The notes under the pieces are model-generated. The model did not search any database, was not told the DNA's origin, and saw only the letters and a list, made by a program, of their open reading frames with translations. Positions 22,526-33,500 of a stretch of 64,000 nt of DNA are shown one piece after another; positions within the stretch are counted from its first letter, which is position 1; each line of letters opens with the position of its first letter. The position numbers were made by a program, and so were the translations under genes. Origin of the DNA: Mustelus asterias. Its lineage: Eukaryota. The stretch is taken from assembly GCF_964213995.1 (NCBI RefSeq), contig NC_135808.1:23746001-23810000 (forward strand), read 5' to 3'.

Positions 22526-25383
22526 CCACAACCCTTTGCTTCCTGCCACTGAGCTAATTTAAGAACCGATTTGTCAGTGTCTCTTGGATGCCATGGAGAT
22601 TTTACTTTTCTGACCGGCCTGCCATGTGGGATCTTATCAAAAATGACGTTGTCTAAATCATTATTAAAATGTATGATGATCACCTCCCCGACACTGCCCT
22701 TATCAACCCTCCTTGGAATCATTGAATCCCTGCAGTTTAGAGAGAGTCCATTCGGCACATCAGGTTTGCACTGACGCTTCAACTGTGTCGAGTTTATGAA
22801 TCCGTTTCACTCACTGCCGATTCACTCATTGCTTTCACTGTCAGGTGGGTGGGCTGTGGAACGAGGGGGTTCGCTCCCTGGGACAATCCCCAGGGTTTAC
22901 ACTGGTGAGGGGAAAGTGGGGAGGAGCTGTTGTGCTGAACCCACAGGCTGGGATCGGGAGAAATGAATTGTTGGGGATTGCGGAGTCTGTGTCTCAGAGA
23001 TATTTTGATGGTGTGAGGATATTTGGTTTGTCTTTTTCAAACCAGAATCTATTTCTGAATTTTTAACATTGTTCCAATTTCTACAATAAATTAGATTTAT
23101 TTTTCACTTCCTGCCACTGTGAAGTGTTCAGGACAAAACTAATGCCACAGGCGTCGGGCAACACCACTGCGGTGAAGAACATTTCAAGACGTAACAGAAT
23201 GACACTCATTCAATCACACTTACTTTAGTATTCCGACATCATTTCTAGACATTGGGGTGGAGCGGGAGTGGGGATGGGGGATGGGGAGGGGGCAGTGGGT
23301 GGAGGTAAGGTATCTGTGTAGAGTCTGTGCCGACATCCCACTGCTTGGTCCCAATGCCTTTGGTAATGACCAGCCTATCAGCTATCATTTTATTTTCAAA
23401 AATCAGAGACAAGGCCATAAACATCACGGAGAGTGAATTAGCAAATTCCCCCCAGTCTAATCTATGTTGTCCTTTCTCTAAAATATACACCAATTCCAGG
23501 TTACACCATGACGATTTATTCTCATTTGGTGGTCTAGGTGGAGCGTGTATGTTTCCTAACACTACATCTCATTCTCAATCACTTCCCTCGGACAAACATC
23601 CCATTAGTTTCCATCTGATCCCATCCCTGAGCCCTGGAGATTATTGACTGTCCAATAGAACACTTCTTTTTTGACATTGAATCCGATTCCTGGCACTAAC
23701 ATGTTTGCTCCTTAACTCAGGTGACATCTCATTACTTCAGCAGAAGAATAAATGATCCTGATATTGTGCAAATCATCTCAGATGCAGATAGCCCCATGTA
23801 TAGTTTATTTCTTAACATTCATAGAAAGGAGTGAAAGCATATTTTAAATCCCAGGAAATTTCTCCTTCAGACTCACAATCTGAATTTACTTTCACTCACT
23901 TTAATTTCTATTTCACTGGAATTTCCCTGGATCATGGAATTCCCGAGGATCCGCGTCAGTCCCGGTTTTGATTTGAAACTTATTTTAACTTTCTCTCTTT
24001 CCGACAACAGTCAATCCCGCAGCTCATTTTCCATCATCCCAATGGCATTGCCCCAGGTCTGTCTCCCCGCGGTTACAATCCGGACAACAGCATCAAACTG
24101 CCTCAGTTCACCCAGAATCTTCCAACTTCAACACGGAATTCACAGAACGTTCCTCACCCCTCTCTCTTTCTATGTTTCCTTCACACAACTCAGCCATAGA
24201 GCAACCATAGAATCCTCACCATGCAGAAGGAAGCCATTTGGCCCATCGATTCAGCTCTGACTCTCCAAAAGTGCATCATACCCGGGAGATAAGTTACTGT
24301 CCACAAAATTCCCAGTTTCTGACCTTCTCTTGTAGCTTCAGTGTTTATCTGGCTGTCCCAGTTCAATTTCTGGTTAATGGTAACCCCCAGTATTTTCATA
24401 ATGGAGGCGCATTGATGGAAATGGCATTGAATCACAGAAAATTTAAAAGGCAGGATAATGGCGAAGCCTCAATGCTCGATTGGAGAGCCAGTACAGACAC
24501 GATGGGCCAAATGGCTTCCGTCTGCATCATAACAATTCTGTGATTCCAAATTTCAAGGGAAGATCGTTAGATTCTCATGTTAGAGATGACCACTGCCTGG
24601 CACTTGTGGGTGTGAATGTAATCTTCCACTAATTAGTCTAAGCCAGAACTTTGTTCACCTCTTGCATCACACAGAATCCACAGAATTCCTACAGTGCTGA
24701 AGAAGGCCATTTAGCCCATCACCTCCGTGCCGACTCTCCGAAAGAGCATCTTACCTAAACTCCAAACTGACAGTTAGCCAAGGCTGGAATTGAACCTGGG
24801 TCCCTGGTACTGTGAGGCAGCAGCACTAACCACTGTGCCACCGTGTCACCCACATGGACACAGGTTGCTTCACATCCTTTAGATCTGTGCACAGAATGGA
24901 GGAATATTCATAAAGTAAAAGGAACAGTTGTTTGTTTACAAATCAGAATATCTCTGAACATAAACAACCCGGTTGTTCACACAGTATTTTAAACTTTACT
25001 GTGAGTTTCTTTAATTGCTTTTTTCTAACCTGCTTCTGATATTCCACCAACCAGACATCAACAGCCCATTTCTGAAAAGCAGCGACATCCATTTCTTCAT
25101 CTGATTCAATAATCTAATCTTTGGTCTCACATCTCCGTGATCTCTCACTATTTGTTTCTTCCTGTCGACTTTCTCCCAAACATTCCAATTTCCCGACTCT
25201 GATCCAAGCATCAAATCTCCAAATACTGTTTCTTTGTGCACCATTTTACCTTTCAATTTAACTCTGCCCGATCACCTATTAAGTTTTTCAAATCAATTCC
25301 TTCCTGAACAAACACAGTAACTTCTCAAACAAGGTTCAGCAAACTGAGACCTATTTTTATCATGATTGCTTCAAGGTTTAATA

Positions 25384-26437
25384 TAAGTACAGGACACAGC
25401 TCACACACTGAGAGGAACAGTATCAGTACAGGACACAGCTCACACACTGAGAGGAACAGTATCAGTACAGGACACAGCTCACACACTGAGAGGGACAGTA
25501 TCAAGACAGGACACAGCTCAGACACTGAGAGGGACAGTATCAGTACAGGACACAGCTCACACACTGAGAGGGACAGTATCAGTACAGGACACAGCTCATA
25601 CACTGAGAGGGACAGTATCAGTATAGGACACAGCTCAGACTGAGAGGGACAGTATCAGTACAGGACACAGCTCACACACTGAGCGGGACAGTATCAGTAC
25701 AGGACACAGCTCACACACTGAGAGGGACAGTATCAGTACAGGACACAGCTCACACACTGAGAGGGACTGTATCAGTACAGGACACAGCTCACACACTGAG
25801 AGGGACAGTATCAGTACAGGACACAGCTCACACACTGAGAGGGACAGTATCAGTACAGGACACAGCTCACAGACTGAGAGGGACAGTATCAGTACCGGGC
25901 ACAGCTCACACACTGAGAGGGACTGTATCAGTACAGGACACAGCTCACACACTGAGAGGGACAGTATCAGTACAGGACACAGCTCACACACTGAGAGGGA
26001 CAGTATCAGTACAGGACACAGCTCACACACTGAGAGGGACAGGATCAGTACTAGACACGCTCACAGACTGAGACGGACAGTATCAGTACAGGACACAGCT
26101 CACACACTGAGAGGGACAGGATCAGTACAGGACACAGCTCACACACTGAGAGGGGCAGTATCAGTACAGGACACAGCTCACAGACTGAGAGGGACAGTAT
26201 CAGTACCGGGCACAGCTCACACACTGAGAGGGACAGTATCAGTACAGGACACAGCTCACACACTGAGAGGGACAGTATCAGTACCGGGCACAGCTCACAC
26301 ACTGAGAGGGACAGTATCAGTACAGGACACAGCTCACACACTGAGAGGGACAGTATCAGTACAGGACACAGCTCACACACTGAGAGGGACAGTATCAGTA
26401 CAGGACACAGCTCACAGACTGAAAGGGACGCTATCAG
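25384..26437 (+). repeat. 39-bp minisatellite (about 27 copies)
   Basis: Unit gtatcagtacaggacacagctcacacactgagagggaca. Confidence 0.95.
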
Positions 26438-26449
26438 TGCAGAACTGCG

Positions 26450-27335
26450 ACAAGGATCCTTCAGAATGCTCTGGACAGGTTGAGTGAGTGGGCAAATCGA
26501 TGGCAGATGCAGGATAATTTGGATAAATGTGAGGTTATTCACTTTGGAATCAAAACAAAAGGCAGATTACTATCTGAATGGTGTAAATTGGGAGAAGGGA
26601 GTGTGCAGTAGGATTTGGGTGTCCTTGTGCATCAGTCACTGAAGGTAGGCACGCAGGTGCAGCAGGCGGTAAAGAAGGCAAATGGCATGTTCGCCTTCAC
26701 TGCGAGAGGTTTCGAGTATGGTAGCAGGGATGTGTTGTTGCAATTAAACAGGGCCTTGGTGAGGCCACAGCTTGGGTATTGTGTGCAGTTTTGGTCTCCT
26801 TTTCTGAGGAAGGATGTTCTCGCTCTTGACGGAGTGCAGCAAAAGTTTACCAGGCTGATTCCGGGGATGGCGGGACTGATGTATGAGAAGAGATTGACTT
26901 GGTTAGGATTGTTTTCGCTGGAGTTCAGACGAATGAGGGGGATCTCATAGAGACTTATAAAATTCTAACAGGACTCGACAGGGTAGGCGCAGGGAGGATA
27001 TTCCCAATGGTGGGGGAGTCCCAAACCAGGGATCACAGTCTGAGGATTCAGGGTGGACCATTTAGGACGGAGGTGAGGAGACATTTCTTCACCCAAAGTG
27101 TGGCGAGCCTGTGGAATTCATTACCACAGGAAGTAGTTGATGCCAAAACATTGAATGTATTCAAGAGGCAACTGGATAAAGCACTCGGGGTGAATGGGAT
27201 CAAAGGTTATGGAGAAAAAGCAGGATTAGGCTATTGAATTGGATGATCAGCATGATTGTAATGAATGGCAGAGCAGACTCGAAAGGTCAAATGGCCTCCT
27301 CCTGCTCCTATCTTCTATGTTTCTGTGTTTCTATG
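26450..27335 (+). mobile_element. CR1 3' fragment
   Basis: LVRPQLGYCVQFWSP, GDLIETYK, tail ttctatgtttct. Confidence 0.88.
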
Positions 27336-27509
27336 GACCAATTCTTCCTGTTTCAGCTTTGCAGGTCCAAAATGCAGACAGGTTACACTCAGATGAGGAT
27401 TCTCTGGCAGCAGGTTGTGAACCAGACACAACTTGAGGCAAGGCAGAGAGAGAATCAGGTTGCGTCGCCTTCTTTTTCCGACTTTATGTCCAAAGAGACT
27501 CGTGGAATG

Positions 27510-27797
27510 GCTACAGTGCAGAAGAGGCCATTCAGTCCATTGAACCTGAAGCAACACCAATCCCATCCAGGCCCTATTCCTGTCACCCCACATATATACC
27601 CTGTTAATCCCCCTGACATTAAGGGGCAATTTAGCATCGCTAATCCACCTAACCAGCACATCTTTGGACTGTGAGAGGAAACCAGAGAAGCCAGAGGAAA
27701 CCCATGCAGACACAATCAGTCACTCAAAGGTGGAATTGAATCTGGATCCCTGGCACGGTGAGGGAGCAGTGCTGACCACTGTGCCATCATGGCACCC
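27510..27797 (-). mobile_element. HE1-like SINE
   Basis: Reverse-complement head, core and tail; absent from the paralogous site near 49385. Confidence 0.8.
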
Positions 27798-28417
27798 CAA
27801 TTCAATTCAAACCAGCAGTTTCAAAACTTAAATTTCTCCCTGCCATGTGATTTCCAGAACACCACTAGACTTTGCTTTTCAGTTTTATTACCCAGCAATT
27901 AAAGTGAATTCAGTTCAAAACTAGCAAACAACTCTTCCTCAAGTACCATACAGGTCAGGTGAAGGCAGGCTGGCTCCCAGTCCAAGGAGTATTTATGGCC
28001 CTCTTTAGAGAAACAAACTCCAAGTCAGTATCAACTCTCCGGGCAATGCAATGTCTTTCCATGATTTATGAAAGATATGCGTTTCCCAACACATTGAATT
28101 GTCCCAGTGTCATTCAGAAGTCCCTTATCTCCAATAATATTCCAGCAAACTCCTCTGCACCCTCTCCAATACCTTGATATTCTTCCTAAAACACAATGAC
28201 CAGAGGTGGGATCAATTCTCCAGCTGGGATCTAATCAATATTTTATCAATGTTCAGCGTGACCTCCTTGCTTTTGTACTCTGTGCCTCTATTTATAAAGC
28301 AATGGGGTCCAGATGCTTCTTTCACAGGCTCATCACACCTTCCTGCCAGCCTCATACTCACTCAGGTCTCTCTGTTCCTGCAATCCCTTTATAACTGTAC
28401 CACTCGGTTTACATTAC

Positions 28418-29967
28418 CTCTGGTCCGGATGGGATTTATCCAAGGATTCTCTGGGAGGCAAGAGTAGTGATTGCAGAGCCTCTGGCTCTGATCTTCAGGT
28501 CGTCGTTGGCCTCTGGTATAGTACCAGAAGATTGGAGGTTAGCGAATGTTGTCCCATTGTTTAAGAAGGGGAACAGAGACTTCCCCGGGAATTATAGACC
28601 GGTGAGTCTCACTTCTGTTGTCGGCAAGATGTTGGAAAAAATTATAAGGGATAGGATTTATAGTTATTTGGAGAGTAATGAATTGATAGGTGATAGTCAG
28701 CATGGTTTTGTGGCAGGTAGGTCGTGCCTTACTAACCTTATTGAGTTTTTTGAGAAAGTGACCAAGGAGGTGGATGGGGGCAAGGCAGTGGACGTGGTAT
28801 ATATGGATTTTAGTAAGGCGTTTGATAAGGTTCACCATGGTAGGCTTCTGCAGAAAATGCAGATGTATGGGATTGGGGGTGATCTAGGAAATTGGATCAG
28901 GAATTGGCTAGCGGATAGGAAACAGAGGGTGGTGGTTGATAGTAAATATTCATCATGGAGTGCGGTTACAAGTGGTGTACCTCAGGGATCTGTTTTGGGG
29001 CCACTGCTGTTTGTAATATTTATTAATGATCTGGATGAGGGTATAGTTGGGTGGATTAGCAAATTTGCTGATGACACCAAAGTCGGTGGTGTGGTAGACA
29101 GTGAGGAAGGGTGTCGTAGTTTGCAGGAAGACTTAGACAGGTTGCAAAGTTGGGCCGAGAGGTGGCGGATGGAGTTTAATGCGGAGAAGTGTGAGGTAAT
29201 TCACTTTGGTAGGAATAACAGATGTGTTGAGTATAGGGCTAACGGGAGGACTTTGAATAGTGTGGAGGAGCAGAGGGATCTAGGTGTATGTGTGCATAGA
29301 TCCCTGAAAGTTGGGAATCAAGTAGATAAGGTTGTTAAGAAGGCATATGGTGTCTTGGCGTTTATTGGTAGGGGGATTGAATTTAGGAGTCGTAGCGTTA
29401 TGTTGCAACTGTACACAACTCTGGTGCGGCCGCACTTGGAGTACTGTGTGCAGTTCTGGTCCCCACATTACAGGAAGGATGTGGAGGCTTTGGAGAGGGT
29501 GCAGAGGAGGTTTACCAGGATGTTGCCTGGTATGGAGGGGAGATCCTATGAGGAGAGGCTGAGGGATTTGGGATTGTTTTCGCTGGAAAGGCGGCGGCTA
29601 AGAGGGGATCTTATTGAAACATATAAGATGATTAGAGGTTTAGATAGGGTGGATAGTGATAGCCTTTTTCCTCTGATGGAGAAATCCAGCACGAGGGGGC
29701 ATGGCTTTAAATTGAGGGGGGGTAGTTATAGAACCGATGTCAGGGGTAGGTTCTTTACCCAGAGGGTGGTGAGGGATTGGAATGCCCTGCCAGCATCAGT
29801 AGTAAATGCGCCTAGTTTGGGGGCGTTTAAGAGATCCGTAGATAGGTTCATGGACGAAAAGAAATTGGTTTAGGTTGGAGGGTCACAGTTTTTTTTTTAA
29901 CTGGTCGGTGCAACATCGTGGGCCGAAGGGCCTGTTCTGCGCTGTAATGTTCTATGTTCTATGTTCT
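28418..29967 (+). mobile_element. CR1-clade LINE, 5'-truncated, young
   Basis: RT ORF, CR1-type 3' UTR and (ttctatg)n tail; absent from the paralogous site near 49995. Confidence 0.95.
28467..29873 (+). CDS. CR1 ORF2 reverse transcriptase, C-terminal 468 codons, uninterrupted
   Basis: NYRPVSLTS, QHGF, DFSKAFD, GVPQGSVLGP, KFADD, RPHLEYC, TRGH. Confidence 0.9.
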   Translation: MIAEPLALIFRSSLASGIVPEDWRLANVVPLFKKGNRDFPGNYRPVSLTSVVGKMLEKIIRDRIYSYLESNELIGDSQHGFVAGRSCLTNLIEFFEKVTKEVDGGKAVDVVYMDFSKAFDKVHHGRLLQKMQMYGIGGDLGNWIRNWLADRKQRVVVDSKYSSWSAVTSGVPQGSVLGPLLFVIFINDLDEGIVGWISKFADDTKVGGVVDSEEGCRSLQEDLDRLQSWAERWRMEFNAEKCEVIHFGRNNRCVEYRANGRTLNSVEEQRDLGVCVHRSLKVGNQVDKVVKKAYGVLAFIGRGIEFRSRSVMLQLYTTLVRPHLEYCVQFWSPHYRKDVEALERVQRRFTRMLPGMEGRSYEERLRDLGLFSLERRRLRGDLIETYKMIRGLDRVDSDSLFPLMEKSSTRGHGFKLRGGSYRTDVRGRFFTQRVVRDWNALPASVVNAPSLGAFKRSVDRFMDEKKLV

Positions 29968-30297
29968 GTACATTCTTCTGTTCAAACTGCATCACTTCAA
30001 AGACTTCACTGGATTGTATTTCACCTGCCCTGTGTCTGCCCATTTCACCAACCTGTCTAATGGAACAATTGATTGTGTCTGGATGGGAGACAAAGTGATG
30101 GAAGTGAAGCTTCAGTTTCACAGAGTCTTTGTTCAGACCCTGTCTGGAGTAACTGTGTTCAGTTCTGGACACCGCACCTCAGGAAGGGGAGATTGGTCTT
30201 GGAGAGGGTTCCGATCACCAGAATAATAAAAGGAGGTTTAATGAAAGGGGTTTTTATCCCCCAGAGTTTATCTGATTGGACAGTTCTCAACATTGAG

Positions 30298-30395
30298 GCA
30301 GTTTCTCAACCTGTTTGTGTCTATTCTGCCGGAGACTGATGACTCACTGAATCTCTTTATTCTGATTGGTTTAAATCCTATTTTGTGTCCAATCA
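30298..30395 (+). promoter_or_regulatory. Class I promoter SXY module of gene B
   Basis: AGTTTC half-ISRE, S box CAACCT 30307-30312, X-like ccggagactga 30329-30339, X2/AP-1-CRE-like TGACTCA 30340-30346, Y box CTGATTGG 30362-30369, CCAAT 30389-30393, about 140 nt upstream of the ATG. Confidence 0.75.
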
Positions 30396-30507
30396 GATTG
30401 AGGCTCAGTGGAAACAGGGAAAGACAGAAGGAGTGAGTTGAGAAAATGGCCTTTTGTTTGAAAAAGAGTTTCCTCCAAATGTTTCTCCCAACATGAGGGA
30501 AGCAGCA

Positions 30508-30556
30508 ATGATTGGACTGATAGAGCTGGTCCTTCTGTGTGGAGAGGTGTCTGCAG
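30508..30556 (+). CDS. Gene B leader exon
   Basis: MIGLIELVLLCGEVSA then G|gtgagt; directly downstream of the SXY promoter. Confidence 0.85.
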
Positions 30557-33500
30557 GTGAGTGATGGGGTGTGAGAGGGGCAATGCCAGGCTGGGTACTG
30601 GGGCATTAACCCTGGGTCAGTGAGTGATGGGGTGTGAGAGGGGCAATGCCAGACTGGGTACTGGGGCATTAACCCTGGGTCAGTGAGTGATGGGGTGTGA
30701 GAGGGGCAATGTCAGGCTGGGTGGAGGCCTTGCTGTCGGTTTGGAATCAGTGTTTTGGGGTTCATGCCCTGATCTCTGTGTGTGTGTGTGTGTGTGTGTG
30801 AGGGTGTTGGTGTTTTTAGGGTGTATATCCTGAATTCTCTCTCTCTCTATTTCAGGCTCTCACTCTCTCCGGTATTTCTTCACGGGAATGACTCCGATCC
30901 CGGGTTTCCCGGAGTTTGTGGCTGTCGGTTATGTGGACGGTGTCCAGTTTGTTGTGTACGACAGCGATCGGAGGGAGCTGATCCCCCGGGAGCAGTGGAT
31001 GGTGGAGAGCGAGGGTCGGGCAGCCTGGGAGCGGAAGAAGGATCTCGCACAGGAGCAGGAGATGTACTCCAAACTTACTATTCCACTGCTCATGACCCGC
31101 ACCAACCAGACAGGAGGTGAGTGCTCACTCTCCCAGCACCCGGGATCCAGGTGGGAATGAGGGGAAACACAGAGTGGATCAGGAACCGTGAGCCAGAGGC
31201 TGATTGGCTGCGATTGGAGATGTGACAGGAAATGTGATTGGCTGTGAATGTGTGGAGGGATTGTTTCCAGGGAGGCTGCCTCTGATTGGCTGTGTGTGAG
31301 GGGGGGGGGGGTGGTGGGGGCAGAGTAGTTGATGTTGATTGGCTGGTAGGATGAGATCGCCCAGTGAGACTCGTTCTGATTGGCTGTGCAGGTGGGATCG
31401 CCCATTGGGACTGTCTCTGATTGGCTGTTTGTGTTTCTGATCCACAGGGATCCATGTTTACCAGCTGATGACTGGCTGTGACCTGAGGGATGATGGGACC
31501 ACGAGTGGATTCAACCAAAGGGGATGGGACGGACATGATTTCCTCAGCTTCGACAAGGATCACATGGTGTGGGTGACCCCGGTGCCCTGGGGAGAGATCA
31601 CCAAAAACAAGTTGGACAGGAGCACAGTCGACAATCAGCGATGGAAACATTACCTGGAGGTGGAGTGTATCGAGTGGCTCAGGAAATACCTGGAGTACGG
31701 ACAGAAAGAATTGAGAGTCTGTGAGTGAGGGGGGAGTGAGAGTCGGTGAGTGGGGGGGGGGAGTGAGAGTCGGTGAGTGAGGGGGGAGTGAGAGTCGGTG
31801 AGTGAGGGGGGGAGTGAGAGTCGGTGAGTGAGGGGGGAGTGAGAGGCGGTGAGTGAGGGGGGAGTGAGAGTCGGTGAGGGAGGGAGGGAGCGAGAGTCGG
31901 TGAGTGAGGGGGGAGTGAGAGTCGGTGAGTGAGGGGAGTGAGAGTCGGTGAGTGAGGGGGGAGTGAGAGGCGGTGAGTGAGGGGGGAGTGAGAGTCGGTG
32001 AGTGAGGGGGGAGTGAGAGTCGGTGAGTGAGGGGGGAGTGAGAGTCGGTGAGTGAGGGGGGAGTGAGAGTCGGTGAGTGAGGGGGCTGAGAGTCGGTGAA
32101 GGGGGTGATGCCGGGACTCTCTATCTCGAGGTTCCTGTACTGACTCCTCTTTCTTTCTCTCTCAGTTGCCCCCGTCGTGTCCTTTACCCGTCTGGGTGAT
32201 TCTAACTGGCTGTCCTGTGCCGTCACCGGGTTTTACCCTCAGGCCATCGAGGTGAATCTGTGGAGAAACGGAGTGATGATTGATGAGACTCTGTCCAGTG
32301 GGATCTTACCCAATCACGACAGCTCCTACCAGATCCGGAAATGGGTCGAGTTTTATCCAGAGGACCAGGCCGAGTATTCCTGTCGGGTGGAACACAGCGG
32401 GATGAAGGAGACACTGGTGGTGATTTACGGTAAGACTGTTTCTCACTGTTAGAGAGGACCCAGCCTCAGACCAGGATCACAGGAGGGAGGGTCAGTGCTG
32501 AGCTGTCAACCCAGGATATATAGAGAGGGAAATAAATATTATTCAATGCGTTATATATCATGGTTCCACAATGCAACATGATACAGCGTATCATTGGATA
32601 TTGGGATCGCACTGGACCTGGTGTAACATTGGACACAAGAGTAGGTCTGGGCCTGGGGTATTCTGGGATATTACTGTATGGTGGGGCCCCGTGAACCCTG
32701 GGATATTGCAGTGTGTCAGGGCCTGGTGTATCCTGGGATATTACAGGAGGTTGGGCACCGTGGAATATCAGAGGATGGAGAGAGCCTGGTGTTTCCAAGA
32801 AACAATGCTTTTCACTGTGTACCAATACATGTGACAATAATAAATCACATCAAATATTACAGTAGGACCGGACCCAGTGCATCCTGGAAGTTTACTTCAG
32901 TCAGATTAAGATCAGAATTCAGAAAAATAATGGAATTCCTTCTATTGGAGACAATTCATGAAAATCGAGAATCAAATCCAATAACAATGCATATTCAGCA
33001 TGGATTTTGAAATGGAAATTCTTGTTTTACTCCAACTAGTGGATTTTTTGAGGATGTAACAAAGGGAATAGACAATGGTAATGTAATAGATATAATATCA
33101 TATAATTTTTCAAATGTAATAGAAAAGGGGATTCGTGATGGACTGATTGACAAGGTGAAAGCATGTGGAGTTAGGGGATGAGTGACAGAATGGATCACTC
33201 ACTGACTTTGGGACAGAAAGCACAGAGTGTGAGTAAAGGGTGTTTCAGAGTTACAGAAAGTGTTCCACAAGGATCAGTGCTGGGATCACCGCTGTTCACA
33301 ACTTACACTCCATAACTTGGATATTGGAATCAAAAATACCATTTCTTAATTTGCAGATAACATCAAATTGGGGGAATTATTTGATTTTGAGGAGAACTGG
33401 AATAAATTAATAGTAAGAAGTTTAACAACACCAGGTTAAAGTCCAACAGGTTTATTTGGTAGCAAAAGCCACACAAGCTTTCGAGGCTCTGAGCCCCTTC

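Noticed and set aside
23245-23880. Possible L1-type endonuclease relic (LGNIHAP...DWGEF) on the minus strand
   Set aside because: Only two weak motif echoes; cannot be supported without a profile search
25325-26542. Cys-rich repeat proteins (SLSVCELCPVLIL)n and a CRISPR-like periodic appearance
   Set aside because: 39-bp head-to-tail minisatellite with no unique spacers, no cas genes and a eukaryotic context
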